Assembly: GCA_903934135.1 (NCBI GenBank) | Contig: CAIZMQ010000114.1 | Location: forward strand, 12 to 64,011 | Direction: 5' to 3' | From: an uncultured Verrucomicrobiota bacterium | Lineage (GTDB): Bacteria > Verrucomicrobiota > Verrucomicrobiia > Chthoniobacterales > JACTMZ01 | Length of the DNA stretch: 64,000 nucleotides | Part shown: positions 55,398-64,000 of the stretch, piece by piece | Layout: every line of letters begins with the position of its first letter | Position numbering within the stretch: position 1 is the first letter of the stretch | Notes under the pieces: generated by a model | Database searches by the model: none | Seen by the model: the letters and a program-made list of their open reading frames with translations, nothing else | What the model was told of the DNA's origin: nothing | Position numbers and translations under genes: made by a program

Positions 55398-55879
55398 GGG
55401 GCGGGGGAGGCAAGTGGAAGAGGGGCCGGCTCGGCCACGGGCGCTTCGGGCGCCGCAACAGGAGTCGGGGCGTTGAACGGAGGCGGGGTCGGCTGGGCCG
55501 CGGCAAAACCACCAGGCTTCACCACGGAACCGAGCGGTATATTGGGATCGATCGGATAAGCGGGCCGGGGCTCGCTTTGCGCGGACAATTTGGCCACTGC
55601 CATTGCCATGGCACGGTCGGTCGGGATGCGTACCGTGCCTTTGGCTTGGTCGACCCAGCCGTAAGCGGTGGTCAGATCCTTGCTTTCCTCCTGCACCTTG
55701 GCCAGAATGTCATAGCGCTCCTTGGCGCGGATCGCTTCCTCGTCGAACGAAGCGGCATCGCCGGAACGCAACATCCAGAGAACGAACCCGGCGAAGAGCG
55801 CAAAAAGCAAAAAGGAGCCGGCGAACATCGGCCAGATGCTCTTTTCGCGCGGGGCAGTGCTGTGCGGGGCGGGGTCCAT
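55394..55879 (-). CDS. Single-TM Pro-rich membrane protein at the ACIII/cbb3 junction (possible ActG-like subunit)
   Basis: 161 aa with a TM helix (MFAGSFLLFALFAGFVLWML) and a Pro/Ala-rich C-terminus. Its start shares 1 nt with the actF stop, and its stop overlaps the ccoS start. The ActG assignment rests on position only. Confidence 0.45.
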   Translation of the reverse strand: MDPAPHSTAPREKSIWPMFAGSFLLFALFAGFVLWMLRSGDAASFDEEAIRAKERYDILAKVQEESKDLTTAYGWVDQAKGTVRIPTDRAMAMAVAKLSAQSEPRPAYPIDPNIPLGSVVKPGGFAAAQPTPPPFNAPTPVAAPEAPVAEPAPLPLASPAP

Positions 55880-57075
55880 CAGTTGCGGAGTTTCAGCGAG
55901 TTGCCCAGCCGCGGATCCTTGACCGGCCAGAGGGGCGCATCACCGAGGCGTTTCATGAAAATGGCCGCCAGCGTCGCGCCGATCGCGAGCAGGCAGACGA
56001 GGTCAAGCCAATGGAACGAAGCACCGGCCTTGTGATAGGTCGGCAACACCACGATGTACATGTCGAGCATGTGCATGAGGAGGATCCATGCCGCCACCGC
56101 GCAAAGGAGGAGCGGTTTCTTCTTCGTTGCCTGGAAAAGAAGAACGACGAAGGGCAGGAAGAAATGGCCGATGACCATGATGATGTTCAGCGTGTTCCAA
56201 CTGCCGGTGTTGCGACGGAGGAAATAAATCGTCTCCTCCGGAATGTTGGCATACCAGATGAGCATGTATTGGCTGAAGCCGATGTAGGCCCAGAAAACGG
56301 TGAAGGCCAGCATCAGCTTGCCCATGATGTGGTAGTGCTCGATCGTCACCACGCCCTGCAGGTATCCCGCGCTGCGCAAGGCGGTGACCAGAAGGACGAG
56401 GACGCACATCGAACTGAGTGCCGACCCCGCAAAGATGTAAACCCCCCACATCGTGGAGAACCAGTGGAAGTCGAGGCCCATCAGCCAGTCGAACGCCCCG
56501 AAGGTCAGGGACAACGCGAACAAGGGGAGCATCGGGAAGACCATCTTGCGCGAGGACCACGTGTACCGCGGGTCGCCATCCTTGTCTTGCCGCACCGAAT
56601 TGCGGCGGAGCAGGAAGGCCGCCAAGCTGAAGAAGAGAAAATAAAACCCGGCCCGGGCCCAGAAGAACGGCTGGTTCAAATACGCCGCCTTGCCGTCGAG
56701 CAAAACATCCTGGCCCGGCGCGATATTCATCCATTTGAAAAGCGTCGGCGCGCTGAAAATGATCGGGATGAACAAGATGGCCAGGACCGGGAAAAGCCAG
56801 GCCACGTTTTCCAACTGCCGCCGCACCACCACGCTCCAATCGGCATCAACCGCATGGTGGACCAGAATCCAAAACAGCGAACCGGTCAGAATGGTGAAGA
56901 AGAAACTGAAAGCGAAAAGCCAGGAGAAGGCGAATTGCTTGGTCGAAAGGAATCCTCCCCACGCGGCCAGGGCCAGCGAGATGACGGCCAGCGCCACGGT
57001 GAAAAGCAGTTTTCCACCGAACCCCTGGTAATCGAAGTATTCCTTCGCGCTCACTTTGCTTTCGGTCGCACTCAT
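55879..57075 (-). CDS. actF: Alternative Complex III subunit ActF (NrfD-like membrane subunit)
   Basis: 398-aa polytopic protein following actE with an ATGA overlap. Its position matches the canonical actABCDEF order. Confidence 0.75.
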   Translation of the reverse strand: MSATESKVSAKEYFDYQGFGGKLLFTVALAVISLALAAWGGFLSTKQFAFSWLFAFSFFFTILTGSLFWILVHHAVDADWSVVVRRQLENVAWLFPVLAILFIPIIFSAPTLFKWMNIAPGQDVLLDGKAAYLNQPFFWARAGFYFLFFSLAAFLLRRNSVRQDKDGDPRYTWSSRKMVFPMLPLFALSLTFGAFDWLMGLDFHWFSTMWGVYIFAGSALSSMCVLVLLVTALRSAGYLQGVVTIEHYHIMGKLMLAFTVFWAYIGFSQYMLIWYANIPEETIYFLRRNTGSWNTLNIIMVIGHFFLPFVVLLFQATKKKPLLLCAVAAWILLMHMLDMYIVVLPTYHKAGASFHWLDLVCLLAIGATLAAIFMKRLGDAPLWPVKDPRLGNSLKLRN

Positions 57076-57758
57076 GGTTGCGGCGGCATCTCCAGTTTGG
57101 CCCGTTCGTCGGCCGGCACGTCGTTGATCGTCGCGGTCTGCGCCATTTGCAGCGCACGCACGTAGGACACAATGGCCCAGCGGTCGTCGACCGGAATCTT
57201 CGCCCCGTAACCAAGCATCGTGTTCTTGCCGTGGGCAATGGTGTTGTAAATTTCCCCGTCGGCCATCACGCGCAGGCGGTCCTGATGGAAACTGGCGATG
57301 GCCACCAGACCGTACTGACCGGCTACCCCGTTGCCGCCGCCGCTCGCCCCGTGGCAGACACCGCAATAAATGGTATAACGTTCTTGCCCGCGCTGGAGCA
57401 GTTCGGCCGTGACCGGCAGGGGAAAACCCGTCCCCCACTGGTCGCCGAAGCGCCCGGTGTTCTTGTAGTCCGTGCCGGAGGCATAACGCACCATGCGGTA
57501 TTTGCCCTCGTCGGGGAAGGGATTGTCCTTCGAAACCGGCGCCTCGTAGCCGATCGGCACCGTGCCGGCCACCGGCAAACGGTTGCCGCGGTCATCGGCA
57601 AAAAAATTGCTCGGTACCTGGGCCTTCACTTTCGGCTGATGGTCCATATCGGGGAAAATCTCGATCGGCGGCTTGCCGCTTTTTTGTCCGCGGAAACCGG
57701 CCACCGCAGCCAGCAGCACAAAGAAAAGCCCGAGGGCGATGAAGAAATAGCGCAGCAT
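57072..57758 (-). CDS. actE: Alternative Complex III subunit ActE (monohaem cytochrome c)
   Basis: N-terminal anchor MLRYFFIALGLFFVLLAAVAG. Single haem site CGVCHGASGGGNG. Confidence 0.8.
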   Translation of the reverse strand: MLRYFFIALGLFFVLLAAVAGFRGQKSGKPPIEIFPDMDHQPKVKAQVPSNFFADDRGNRLPVAGTVPIGYEAPVSKDNPFPDEGKYRMVRYASGTDYKNTGRFGDQWGTGFPLPVTAELLQRGQERYTIYCGVCHGASGGGNGVAGQYGLVAIASFHQDRLRVMADGEIYNTIAHGKNTMLGYGAKIPVDDRWAIVSYVRALQMAQTATINDVPADERAKLEMPPQP

Positions 57759-57759
57759 A

Positions 57760-58320
57760 TCAGTCCCCGTAAATCAGCGTGATGTGCTTCGCCCCGATGC
57801 CCTCGAGCATGGCCCGGGTCGACTCCTCGTCGAACTTCGGATCGGTCGCCTCGATGGCGAGGAAAAAGCCGTCGTTGCTCACCTTCTTGAAAAGATCCCA
57901 GTTGAAAATAGGGTGGTTCCACCGCGGCAGCCCGTTCAGCGCGAGCATGCCAAAGGTCGCGGTGAAGGCGGACAACAGGATGGTCAGCTCGAACATGATG
58001 GGGAAAAACGCCGGCACCGTGAAAAAGTTGGTTGGCTTCCCCGCCACGACGAGCGGGTATTCGATCGACGACGGATAGAATTGCAGTGCCGCCGCGAAGG
58101 TCAGCCCGGTGATGCCAGCGATGAAAACCAGCGCGCTCAGCCAGGACTTTTTCAACCCCATGGCATGATCCATCCCGTGGATAGGAAACGGCGAATAAAC
58201 ATCCCACCGCGAGTAGCCCGCATCGCGCACCTTCTCCGCGGCCTGGTAGAGGGCCGAAGCCGACGGCACTTCGGCGCCCATGGCGAAAAGTTGCGACCGT
58301 GTGTTGCCCATGATTTCCAT
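57760..58320 (-). CDS. actD: Alternative Complex III subunit ActD (DUF3341-like)
   Basis: ALYQAAEKVRDAGYSRWDVYSPFPIHGMDHAMG, then two TM helices. It lies between actC and actE. Confidence 0.75.
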   Translation of the reverse strand: MEIMGNTRSQLFAMGAEVPSASALYQAAEKVRDAGYSRWDVYSPFPIHGMDHAMGLKKSWLSALVFIAGITGLTFAAALQFYPSSIEYPLVVAGKPTNFFTVPAFFPIMFELTILLSAFTATFGMLALNGLPRWNHPIFNWDLFKKVSNDGFFLAIEATDPKFDEESTRAMLEGIGAKHITLIYGD

Positions 58321-58321
58321 C

Positions 58322-59761
58322 TCAGTGCACGCCCTCCTTCATGGCGGCGGCAGGTGTGTGGTCGTGCCCGTCGTGCCCGTGGTGCGGATCGGCTTCGGGC
58401 AGCACCGCTTTGACTTCAAAAATACAAATCATGGGAAGCCAGCGAATGAAGAGCAGGAACAGGGCGAGGAAGATGCCAAAGGTGCCGACGAAGGTCCAGA
58501 TGTCGACCCAGGTCGGATAGAACATGTTCCAGCTCGAGGGCAGGAAGTCGCGGTGCAGCGAAGTCACGATGATGACGAAGCGCTCGAACCACATGCCGGT
58601 GTTGACGAACATGCAGACGATGAAAACCCAGAGCACGTGGCGGCGGAAGAAACGGAACCAGAACAACTGCGGCGCCACCACGTTGCAGAAAATCATCGTC
58701 CAATAAGCCCACCAATACGGACCCGTGGCCCGGTTGATGAAGGCGTATTGCTCGTACATGTTGCCGCCATACCACGCGATGAAGAACTCCATGGCGTAAG
58801 CGTAACCGACGATCGAACCGGTCAGCAGGATGATCTTGCACATCTTGTCCACGTGGTCGTCGGTGATCAAATCATGCAGCCCGAAAATGGCGCGGGCCGG
58901 CAACATAATGGTCAACACCATGGCGAAACCGCCGAAAATGGCCCCGGCCACGAAATAGGGCGGGAAAATCGTGGTGTGCCACCCGGGAATGACCGACGTG
59001 GCGAAGTCGAAGGACACCACCGAGTGGACCGAAAGGACCAGCGGGGTGCTCAAGCCGGCGAGGACGAGATAAGCCATCTCGTAATGCTTCCACTGACGGT
59101 TCCCGCCGCGCCAACCGAGGGCGGCGACGCCGTAGAAAAATTTGCGCAGCTTGTTCGTCGCGCGGTCCCGCAGGGTCGCCAAGTCGGGAATCAGACCAGT
59201 GTACCAGAAGAGCACGGAGACCGTGAAATAGGTCGAGACCGCGAAGACGTCCCAGAGCAACGGACTGCGGAAATTCTGCCAGATGGCATTCGAATTCGGC
59301 ACCGGAGCAAGGAACCAGACCATCCAGATGCGGCCGACGTGGACCGCCGGAAAAATGCCGGCGCAAACCACAGCAAAGAGAGTCATGGCCTCGGCCGCCC
59401 GGTTGATCGAAGTGCGCCACTTCTGGCGGGTAAGGAACAAGATGGCGGAAATCAGCGTGCCGGCATGGCCGATTCCGATCCAGAACACGAAGTTGGTGAT
59501 ATCCCAGGCCCAGCCGACCGGATGATTCAGCCCCCACACCCCGACGCCGGTCGAAATGAGGTAGCCGATGCAAAAGACGCTGACCACAGCGAGCGAGGAG
59601 CTCAGGGTGAAAGCGATCCACCACCACGTCGGCGCGGCTTTCTCGGTGCACGAAGCCACGTGGTTGGTGATCCACGACATCGAGCGATTGTTCGTCACCA
59701 ACGGCGCGCGTTTCAGACGCTCCGCCGCGGCCTCGCGACTCTGCATGATTGCGTCCGCCAT
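58322..59761 (-). CDS. actC: Alternative Complex III subunit ActC (NrfD/PsrC-like quinol-interacting membrane subunit)
   Basis: 479-aa polytopic protein of about 10 helices immediately downstream of the Fe-S/molybdopterin-like subunit. Confidence 0.8.
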   Translation of the reverse strand: MADAIMQSREAAAERLKRAPLVTNNRSMSWITNHVASCTEKAAPTWWWIAFTLSSSLAVVSVFCIGYLISTGVGVWGLNHPVGWAWDITNFVFWIGIGHAGTLISAILFLTRQKWRTSINRAAEAMTLFAVVCAGIFPAVHVGRIWMVWFLAPVPNSNAIWQNFRSPLLWDVFAVSTYFTVSVLFWYTGLIPDLATLRDRATNKLRKFFYGVAALGWRGGNRQWKHYEMAYLVLAGLSTPLVLSVHSVVSFDFATSVIPGWHTTIFPPYFVAGAIFGGFAMVLTIMLPARAIFGLHDLITDDHVDKMCKIILLTGSIVGYAYAMEFFIAWYGGNMYEQYAFINRATGPYWWAYWTMIFCNVVAPQLFWFRFFRRHVLWVFIVCMFVNTGMWFERFVIIVTSLHRDFLPSSWNMFYPTWVDIWTFVGTFGIFLALFLLFIRWLPMICIFEVKAVLPEADPHHGHDGHDHTPAAAMKEGVH

Positions 59762-59763
59762 AA

Positions 59764-62700
59764 TCAGGTTCCGTGCGCCTCCGACGCATGTTCGGCTTCC
59801 CCGCCGTGGTGACCGTAACCGTTGGCCCGGCCGACTTTGTCCGCGCCGGGCATGGCCATGTTCGGGTTCTTGATCCGCGCCAGGTAGGTCGTGCGCGGAG
59901 TGACGTTGAGATACTTCAGCATTTCATAATTGCGCGGCTCGCTCTTGAGCTTGGCCACGCGGCTCTCCGGATCCCGGATGTTGCCGAAAACGATCGATTG
60001 CGAAGGACACGCTTGCTGGCAGGCGCTCTTCACCTCGGGGAACGGCACGAGCGATTTGTCCGACGCACCCGCCTGCACAGTTTGCGTGATGCGCGCCTCC
60101 TCGATCCGCTGGATGCAATAGGTGCACTTTTCCATCACCCCGCGCATGCGCACCGTGACATTCGGATTTTTCGACATTTGCAGGCTGTCGGCCATGCCCT
60201 TCTTGGCCAGAGGCCCGAGGTAAAGCTGGTCGAGCGGACGCTGGTTGTAATCGAAGAAATTGAAGCGCCGGACCTTCCACGGGCAGTTGTTCGCGCAATA
60301 CCGCGTGCCGATGCAACGGTTGTAGGCCATGAGATTGAGGCCGTCGTCGCTGTGCACCGTGGCATTGACCGGGCAGACCGTTTCGCAGGGAGCATTTTCG
60401 CAGTGCTGGCACATGATGGCCTGCGAGAGCATTTCCGGGTCGTTCTCGTCGCCGGCAAAGTAGCGGTCCATGCGGATCCAGGCCATGTTGCGGCCGCGCG
60501 AGACCTGATCTTTGCCCACGATGGGCACGTTGTTCTCCGCCTGGCAGGCGACGACGCACGCGTTGCAACCCGTGCAAGTGCTCAGATCGACCGTCATGCC
60601 CCACTGCTCGGGCGAGGTCAGCGGTGGATGGGTGAAAAGCGAAACGTTCGGCGGGATGTGCCCGTCCATCCCCATGGTCTGGGCAAAAGTGGGCTCCTCG
60701 GCGTAACGCTCGGCCGTCGCCTCGCGCACCAAATCGCGGCCTTCCATGCTCTGGTGCGTCTGCGTCTCGGCAAACTTGTATTCCGCCCCCGTGCGCTTGA
60801 GCGCGACGTTCGAAACGTGGGTCATCCCGCGCGTGGTGCGCAAGGGATAAGCATTGAAACCTGCTTTGTCCGCCACAGGCGTGACCTTCACCCGACCGTA
60901 ACCGAGCGCGATGCTCACCGCGCCGTCCGCCTGACCAGGCGCAATCAAGGCGGCAGCCTCGATCGCCCGGTCGCCGGCCGAAAGTTGCACCATGTCCCCC
61001 GTGGCCACGCCGAGTTCCTTCGCGGTGTGCGGACTGATCAGCGCGGCATTGTCCCACGTGATCTTCGTGGCGAAATCCGGCGTCTCCTGCAGCCAGCCGT
61101 TGTTGGCGTAACGCCCGTCATCCAACGTGCTGCTCGGAATGAACTCGATGTCCAGGCCGCCGGCCGACGGTTGGTATTGCGCGGCGAGTGCCGCGGCGCC
61201 AGCGGCATTGAAAGCCAACGGGGCCTCGGGCCACGCGGTGTCGGGGAGGAAACCCTGACGCAAAAACTCGGTCCACTTCGCCTCGAGGTCGCCGCCACCC
61301 GCCGTCCGGGCAAAGGTTTCACGCACCAATTGCGGGCCGATCGGCTGTTCGTTGCCGGCCAGACGATTCAGAATTTCCACTTCCGCCACCCCGTCCCACA
61401 ACGGGAGGATCATCGGCTGCACCGCGCAGATCGTGCCGTCCGCACTACGGGCATCGCCCCAGCTTTCGAGGTAATGCGCTTGCGGCACATGCCACTTGCA
61501 GGCGGCAGAGGTTTCGTCTTCGTAAAATCCGAGACGCACGCTGACCGGGACGCCGGAAAGAAGATCGCCGAAGCGCAAATCGGCCGGCGCATTGTAAACC
61601 GGGTTGCCGCCCAGGATGAAAAGGTTCTGCACCCGGCCGGCCTGCATCGCGGCGGCCAGTTCCCCGATCGTGGCGGCCGCCGGGGCTTCGGTCCGCAGAC
61701 CGCGCAAAGTCCGGCCCGGCGCTCCCAAGGCGGTATTGATGGCCAAACCGAGCGCCTGCACCGCGGCGGGTTGCTGGTCGCCCACCACGATGACACTTTT
61801 GCCGGCCGAGGCGGCCAGATCCTTGGCACACTCCGCGATCCACTTCGGATCGGCGGAAAGCGGGCTGTCGGGGAAAGCAGCCACGACCGAAGTCAAACCT
61901 CCATCCCCGGTCAGTGCGGCGACCTGTTTTCCAAGCGCACGGAGGAAAGCTCCGGTCTCGGAGGGCTTGATCCGCAACCGGTGGTCGGCCAGGCCGCCCG
62001 TCGAGGAGTAATGCGTCTCCGCGACGTAAAGCCGGTTCATCGCCTGGCCCGGCTCGCTGATCCGGCGGCGGGCCATGAACCCGCGCACTTGGTCGAGCCC
62101 GCTGAAGGAGGCGTTGAGGAAATCGCTGTCCACCGCGAGCACTTTGTCCGCGCGGCTGAAGTCGGGTATGACACTGAGATTGCGGCCGAAGCAGGCCGCC
62201 GTGGCCGCCACGGTCTCGCTTGCGCCGAGCGGCTCGTATTCGGCCCAAAGAAGATTGGGGAATTTTTCCCGCAGCTGCCCGAGCAGCCGGTCACGGGTTG
62301 GCGAGTCAACGCGCTCGACGAGGAAAGCGAGGCCGTCCCCGCCATGAGCCGACGCCGCGATTTCATCCAGCTTGGCCCCCAGCGCGGCGGCATCCGTCTT
62401 GACCCCGCCGACCTTGATCGCTTTCGAACGGTTCGGATCGTAAAGATCAAGCACCGAGGCCTGGGCAAAGGTGTCGGTCGCACCATTGCTGATCGGGTGC
62501 AGCGGATTGCCCTCCAGCTTGGTCGGACGCCCGTCGCTCGTCGTGGCGATGAGCGGCATGGCGCCGTTGCGGCGCGGCATGGTCGTGGCGTAGTAAAGGA
62601 ATTTTCCGGGAATGGTCCACTCCGCCCCCTGCGTGAAGGCCACGAGATACGCTTCGGGACGCCGGCAACCGGTCAGACCGATACCGGCCAGCGCCATCGA

Positions 62701-62880
62701 TCCGCCCATCAGCTGGAGGAAATTGCGGCGCGACAACTCACCGCCGTTCCACTCGGAGGCACCTTGCGGGAATTCGCGCTCGAGCTTGGCCGCGAAGTCC
62801 GGTGAGGATGACAATTCGTCGAGACTGCGCCACAGCGCGGGCCTCGTCTCGCGGACGGGATGGGGAAGGACGCGTTTCAT
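59764..62880 (-). CDS. actB: Alternative Complex III subunit ActB (molybdopterin-oxidoreductase-like domain fused to 4Fe-4S ferredoxin domain)
   Basis: Tat-like signal [19 protein letters not shown]. Fe-S clusters [30 protein letters not shown] and [12 protein letters not shown]. Length is 1038 aa. Confidence 0.9.
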   Translation of the reverse strand: MKRVLPHPVRETRPALWRSLDELSSSPDFAAKLEREFPQGASEWNGGELSRRNFLQLMGGSMALAGIGLTGCRRPEAYLVAFTQGAEWTIPGKFLYYATTMPRRNGAMPLIATTSDGRPTKLEGNPLHPISNGATDTFAQASVLDLYDPNRSKAIKVGGVKTDAAALGAKLDEIAASAHGGDGLAFLVERVDSPTRDRLLGQLREKFPNLLWAEYEPLGASETVAATAACFGRNLSVIPDFSRADKVLAVDSDFLNASFSGLDQVRGFMARRRISEPGQAMNRLYVAETHYSSTGGLADHRLRIKPSETGAFLRALGKQVAALTGDGGLTSVVAAFPDSPLSADPKWIAECAKDLAASAGKSVIVVGDQQPAAVQALGLAINTALGAPGRTLRGLRTEAPAAATIGELAAAMQAGRVQNLFILGGNPVYNAPADLRFGDLLSGVPVSVRLGFYEDETSAACKWHVPQAHYLESWGDARSADGTICAVQPMILPLWDGVAEVEILNRLAGNEQPIGPQLVRETFARTAGGGDLEAKWTEFLRQGFLPDTAWPEAPLAFNAAGAAALAAQYQPSAGGLDIEFIPSSTLDDGRYANNGWLQETPDFATKITWDNAALISPHTAKELGVATGDMVQLSAGDRAIEAAALIAPGQADGAVSIALGYGRVKVTPVADKAGFNAYPLRTTRGMTHVSNVALKRTGAEYKFAETQTHQSMEGRDLVREATAERYAEEPTFAQTMGMDGHIPPNVSLFTHPPLTSPEQWGMTVDLSTCTGCNACVVACQAENNVPIVGKDQVSRGRNMAWIRMDRYFAGDENDPEMLSQAIMCQHCENAPCETVCPVNATVHSDDGLNLMAYNRCIGTRYCANNCPWKVRRFNFFDYNQRPLDQLYLGPLAKKGMADSLQMSKNPNVTVRMRGVMEKCTYCIQRIEEARITQTVQAGASDKSLVPFPEVKSACQQACPSQSIVFGNIRDPESRVAKLKSEPRNYEMLKYLNVTPRTTYLARIKNPNMAMPGADKVGRANGYGHHGGEAEHASEAHGT

Positions 62881-62881
62881 C

Positions 62882-63535
62882 TTAGCGGTGGCACCCTCCG
62901 CAGCCGACGGGCGGGTTGACGTTCCATTCTTTCTTGTATTGCGCCCCCATGGCGAGCTGGTCCTGCGCGGAAGCCGGACGCCAGTTCAGATTGTAGATTT
63001 CGGAAGGAGGACGGAGGAATTTTTCCGGCTCGCGGTGACACTCGAGACACCAGGCCATGCTGAGCGGCTCGGCCTGGTAGACCACGGGCATCTCGTTGAT
63101 CTGGCCGTGACAGCTGTAGCAGCTGATGCCGCGATTCACGTGAACCGCATGGTTGAAATAGACATAATCCGGTGCCTTGTGGATCCGCACCCATTCGACC
63201 GGCGTGCCGGTCTCCCAACTGGCGCGCACCGCGGCAAGCTTCGGGCTGGTCGCCTTGATTTGCGAGTGGCAAGCCATGCAGGTCTGCGTGTCCGGGACAT
63301 TCGAATGCGCCGCCACCTCGACGTGGCTGTGACAATAACGGCAATCCATCCCGAGTTGCTCCACATGGATGGCGTGGGAAAACGGCGCCGGCTGCTCCGG
63401 CATATAACCCACATTGGTGTACTTCGGAGTGAAATAATACCAGATGCCGCCCGTCACCACCGCGCCGAGAACGAACGCAATGACGAGCAACTTCAAAGGG
63501 AGCCAATTGGCCCATTTGGGAAAAAAGTTTGCCAT
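62882..63535 (-). CDS. actA: Alternative Complex III subunit ActA (pentahaem cytochrome c)
   Basis: N-terminal anchor plus five CxxCH sites (CRYCH, CMACH, CYSCH, CLECH, CGGCH). Start at the ATG at 63535. Confidence 0.9.
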   Translation of the reverse strand: MANFFPKWANWLPLKLLVIAFVLGAVVTGGIWYYFTPKYTNVGYMPEQPAPFSHAIHVEQLGMDCRYCHSHVEVAAHSNVPDTQTCMACHSQIKATSPKLAAVRASWETGTPVEWVRIHKAPDYVYFNHAVHVNRGISCYSCHGQINEMPVVYQAEPLSMAWCLECHREPEKFLRPPSEIYNLNWRPASAQDQLAMGAQYKKEWNVNPPVGCGGCHR

Positions 63536-63668
63536 CCAATTTACGCAGAATTCGCCCCTGACGGACGACGAACGAATGAGCGTAGTATTAACGCAGCTAA
63601 TAGCAATCCTGATTCGACCCTGACAAAAAAAATGTGCGCACCCGCCCGCTTGGGTTATTGGTTCCGCC

Positions 63669-64000
63669 ATGGCCACCCCGCATCCCGCCTCGCCTTCCTG
63701 CCGCCACAAACCCCGGATCTCCTTCGCGCTGGCTCTGGTCGCGAGCCTTCACCTTGGCCTCGCCACCAGCCCCGCCGACACCAAACCGCAACCTCCCTTG
63801 CCAACCATCCGGCTGCAAATCGGGACCAACACCATCCAAGCGGAGGTCGCCGACGAACCCGACGAACGCATCACCGGGCTGATGGGCAGGACCCACCTGG
63901 CCGAAGGCACCGGAATGCTCTTTGTCTTCCGCCAACCCCGCCCGCTCGGCTTTTGGATGGGTGGTACCCTCATCCCGCTTTCGGTCGCCTACATCAATGC
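63669..64000 (+). CDS. DUF192-family protein, N-terminal part (runs off the right edge)
   Basis: Hand translation from the ATG at 63669: MATPHPASPSCRHKPRISFALALVASLHLGLA...IQAEVADEPDERITGLMGRTHLAEGTGMLFVFRQPRPLGFWMGGTLIPLSVAYI. This matches the DUF192 pattern (A.T..ER..GLM.R..L....GMLF.F......FWM.nT.iPLd.af). There is no stop inside the window. Confidence 0.7.
   Translation, partial: MATPHPASPSCRHKPRISFALALVASLHLGLATSPADTKPQPPLPTIRLQIGTNTIQAEVADEPDERITGLMGRTHLAEGTGMLFVFRQPRPLGFWMGGTLIPLSVAYIN

Noticed and set aside
49805-59812. A series of long plus-strand ORFs: 49805-51565, 51508-52449, 53725-55263, 55603-57165 and 58280-59812.
   Set aside because: All are antisense to well-supported membrane subunits (ctaD, ctaC, ccoN, actF, actC). 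Their highly charged His/Arg/Glu/Asp/Gly translations are the expected mirror of hydrophobic codons in GC-rich DNA.
59773-62805. 1010-aa plus-strand ORF.
   Set aside because: It is antisense to actB, which has a Tat signal and three Cys clusters. It is Arg/Gly-rich with no motifs.
63536-63668. Possible FNR/CRP-type oxygen-responsive site in the actA / DUF192 divergent promoter region (TTACGCAG and TTAACGCAGCTAAT; A8 tract at about 63623-63630).
   Set aside because: The sequences do not form a TTGAT-N4-ATCAA-like palindrome. They are only loosely repeated, and no consensus could be matched.

Overview
This is a high-G+C bacterial chromosomal segment (G+C judged by eye, not computed). Gene content and protein style suggest a PVC-group or Verrucomicrobia-like organism, but that is inference only. 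I can support about 55 protein-coding genes. I recognised no rRNA, tRNA, CRISPR array, transposase or integrase.

Positions 1-38,000 are mostly housekeeping genes:
- a phosphate module (PPK2, PiT transporter, OprB-like porin);
- prfC, a UvrD-family helicase, a PBP5-type carboxypeptidase, proC and an EamA transporter;
- a tightly coupled 5-gene string: cbpA, an HD/OB protein, a papain-like peptidase, DUF362 and a squalene-synthase-like enzyme;
- serS-tilS and a LytS/LytTR-type two-component pair;
- a 7-gene chain: purA, uppS, an NtrC-type regulator, a class IV aminotransferase, mfd, a SurA-like PPIase and pdxA;
- cysH, a large orphan lipoprotein and a PfkB kinase.

Positions 46,200-63,500 form one same-strand respiratory super-cluster. 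It runs Alternative Complex III (actABCDEF), ccoS-ccoN-ccoO plus a monohaem cytochrome c, an aa3-type oxidase (ctaC, ctaD), ctaA, ctaB, ctaE and SCO1.

Between this cluster and two probable oxidase-associated genes (DUF420 and a CxxC micro-protein) lies a visibly lower-G+C stretch of about 7.5 kb. It carries a small lipoprotein gene and a 2205-aa highly repetitive autotransporter.

I did not find a convincing self-contained novel system such as a defence, toxin or secretion apparatus. The most follow-up-worthy items are:
- the ACIII-cbb3-aa3 chained operon and its small unannotated ORFs;
- the autotransporter insert;
- the cbpA-to-squalene-synthase-like string;
- a mini sigma-70-like ORF next to an HPCxxC membrane protein;
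- a perfect 30-bp tandem duplication over a start codon;
- a two-copy intergenic palindromic element of about 65 nt.

Start codons were refined by hand from the ORF track and the sequence. Many long ORFs in the track are antisense shadow ORFs typical of high-G+C DNA.
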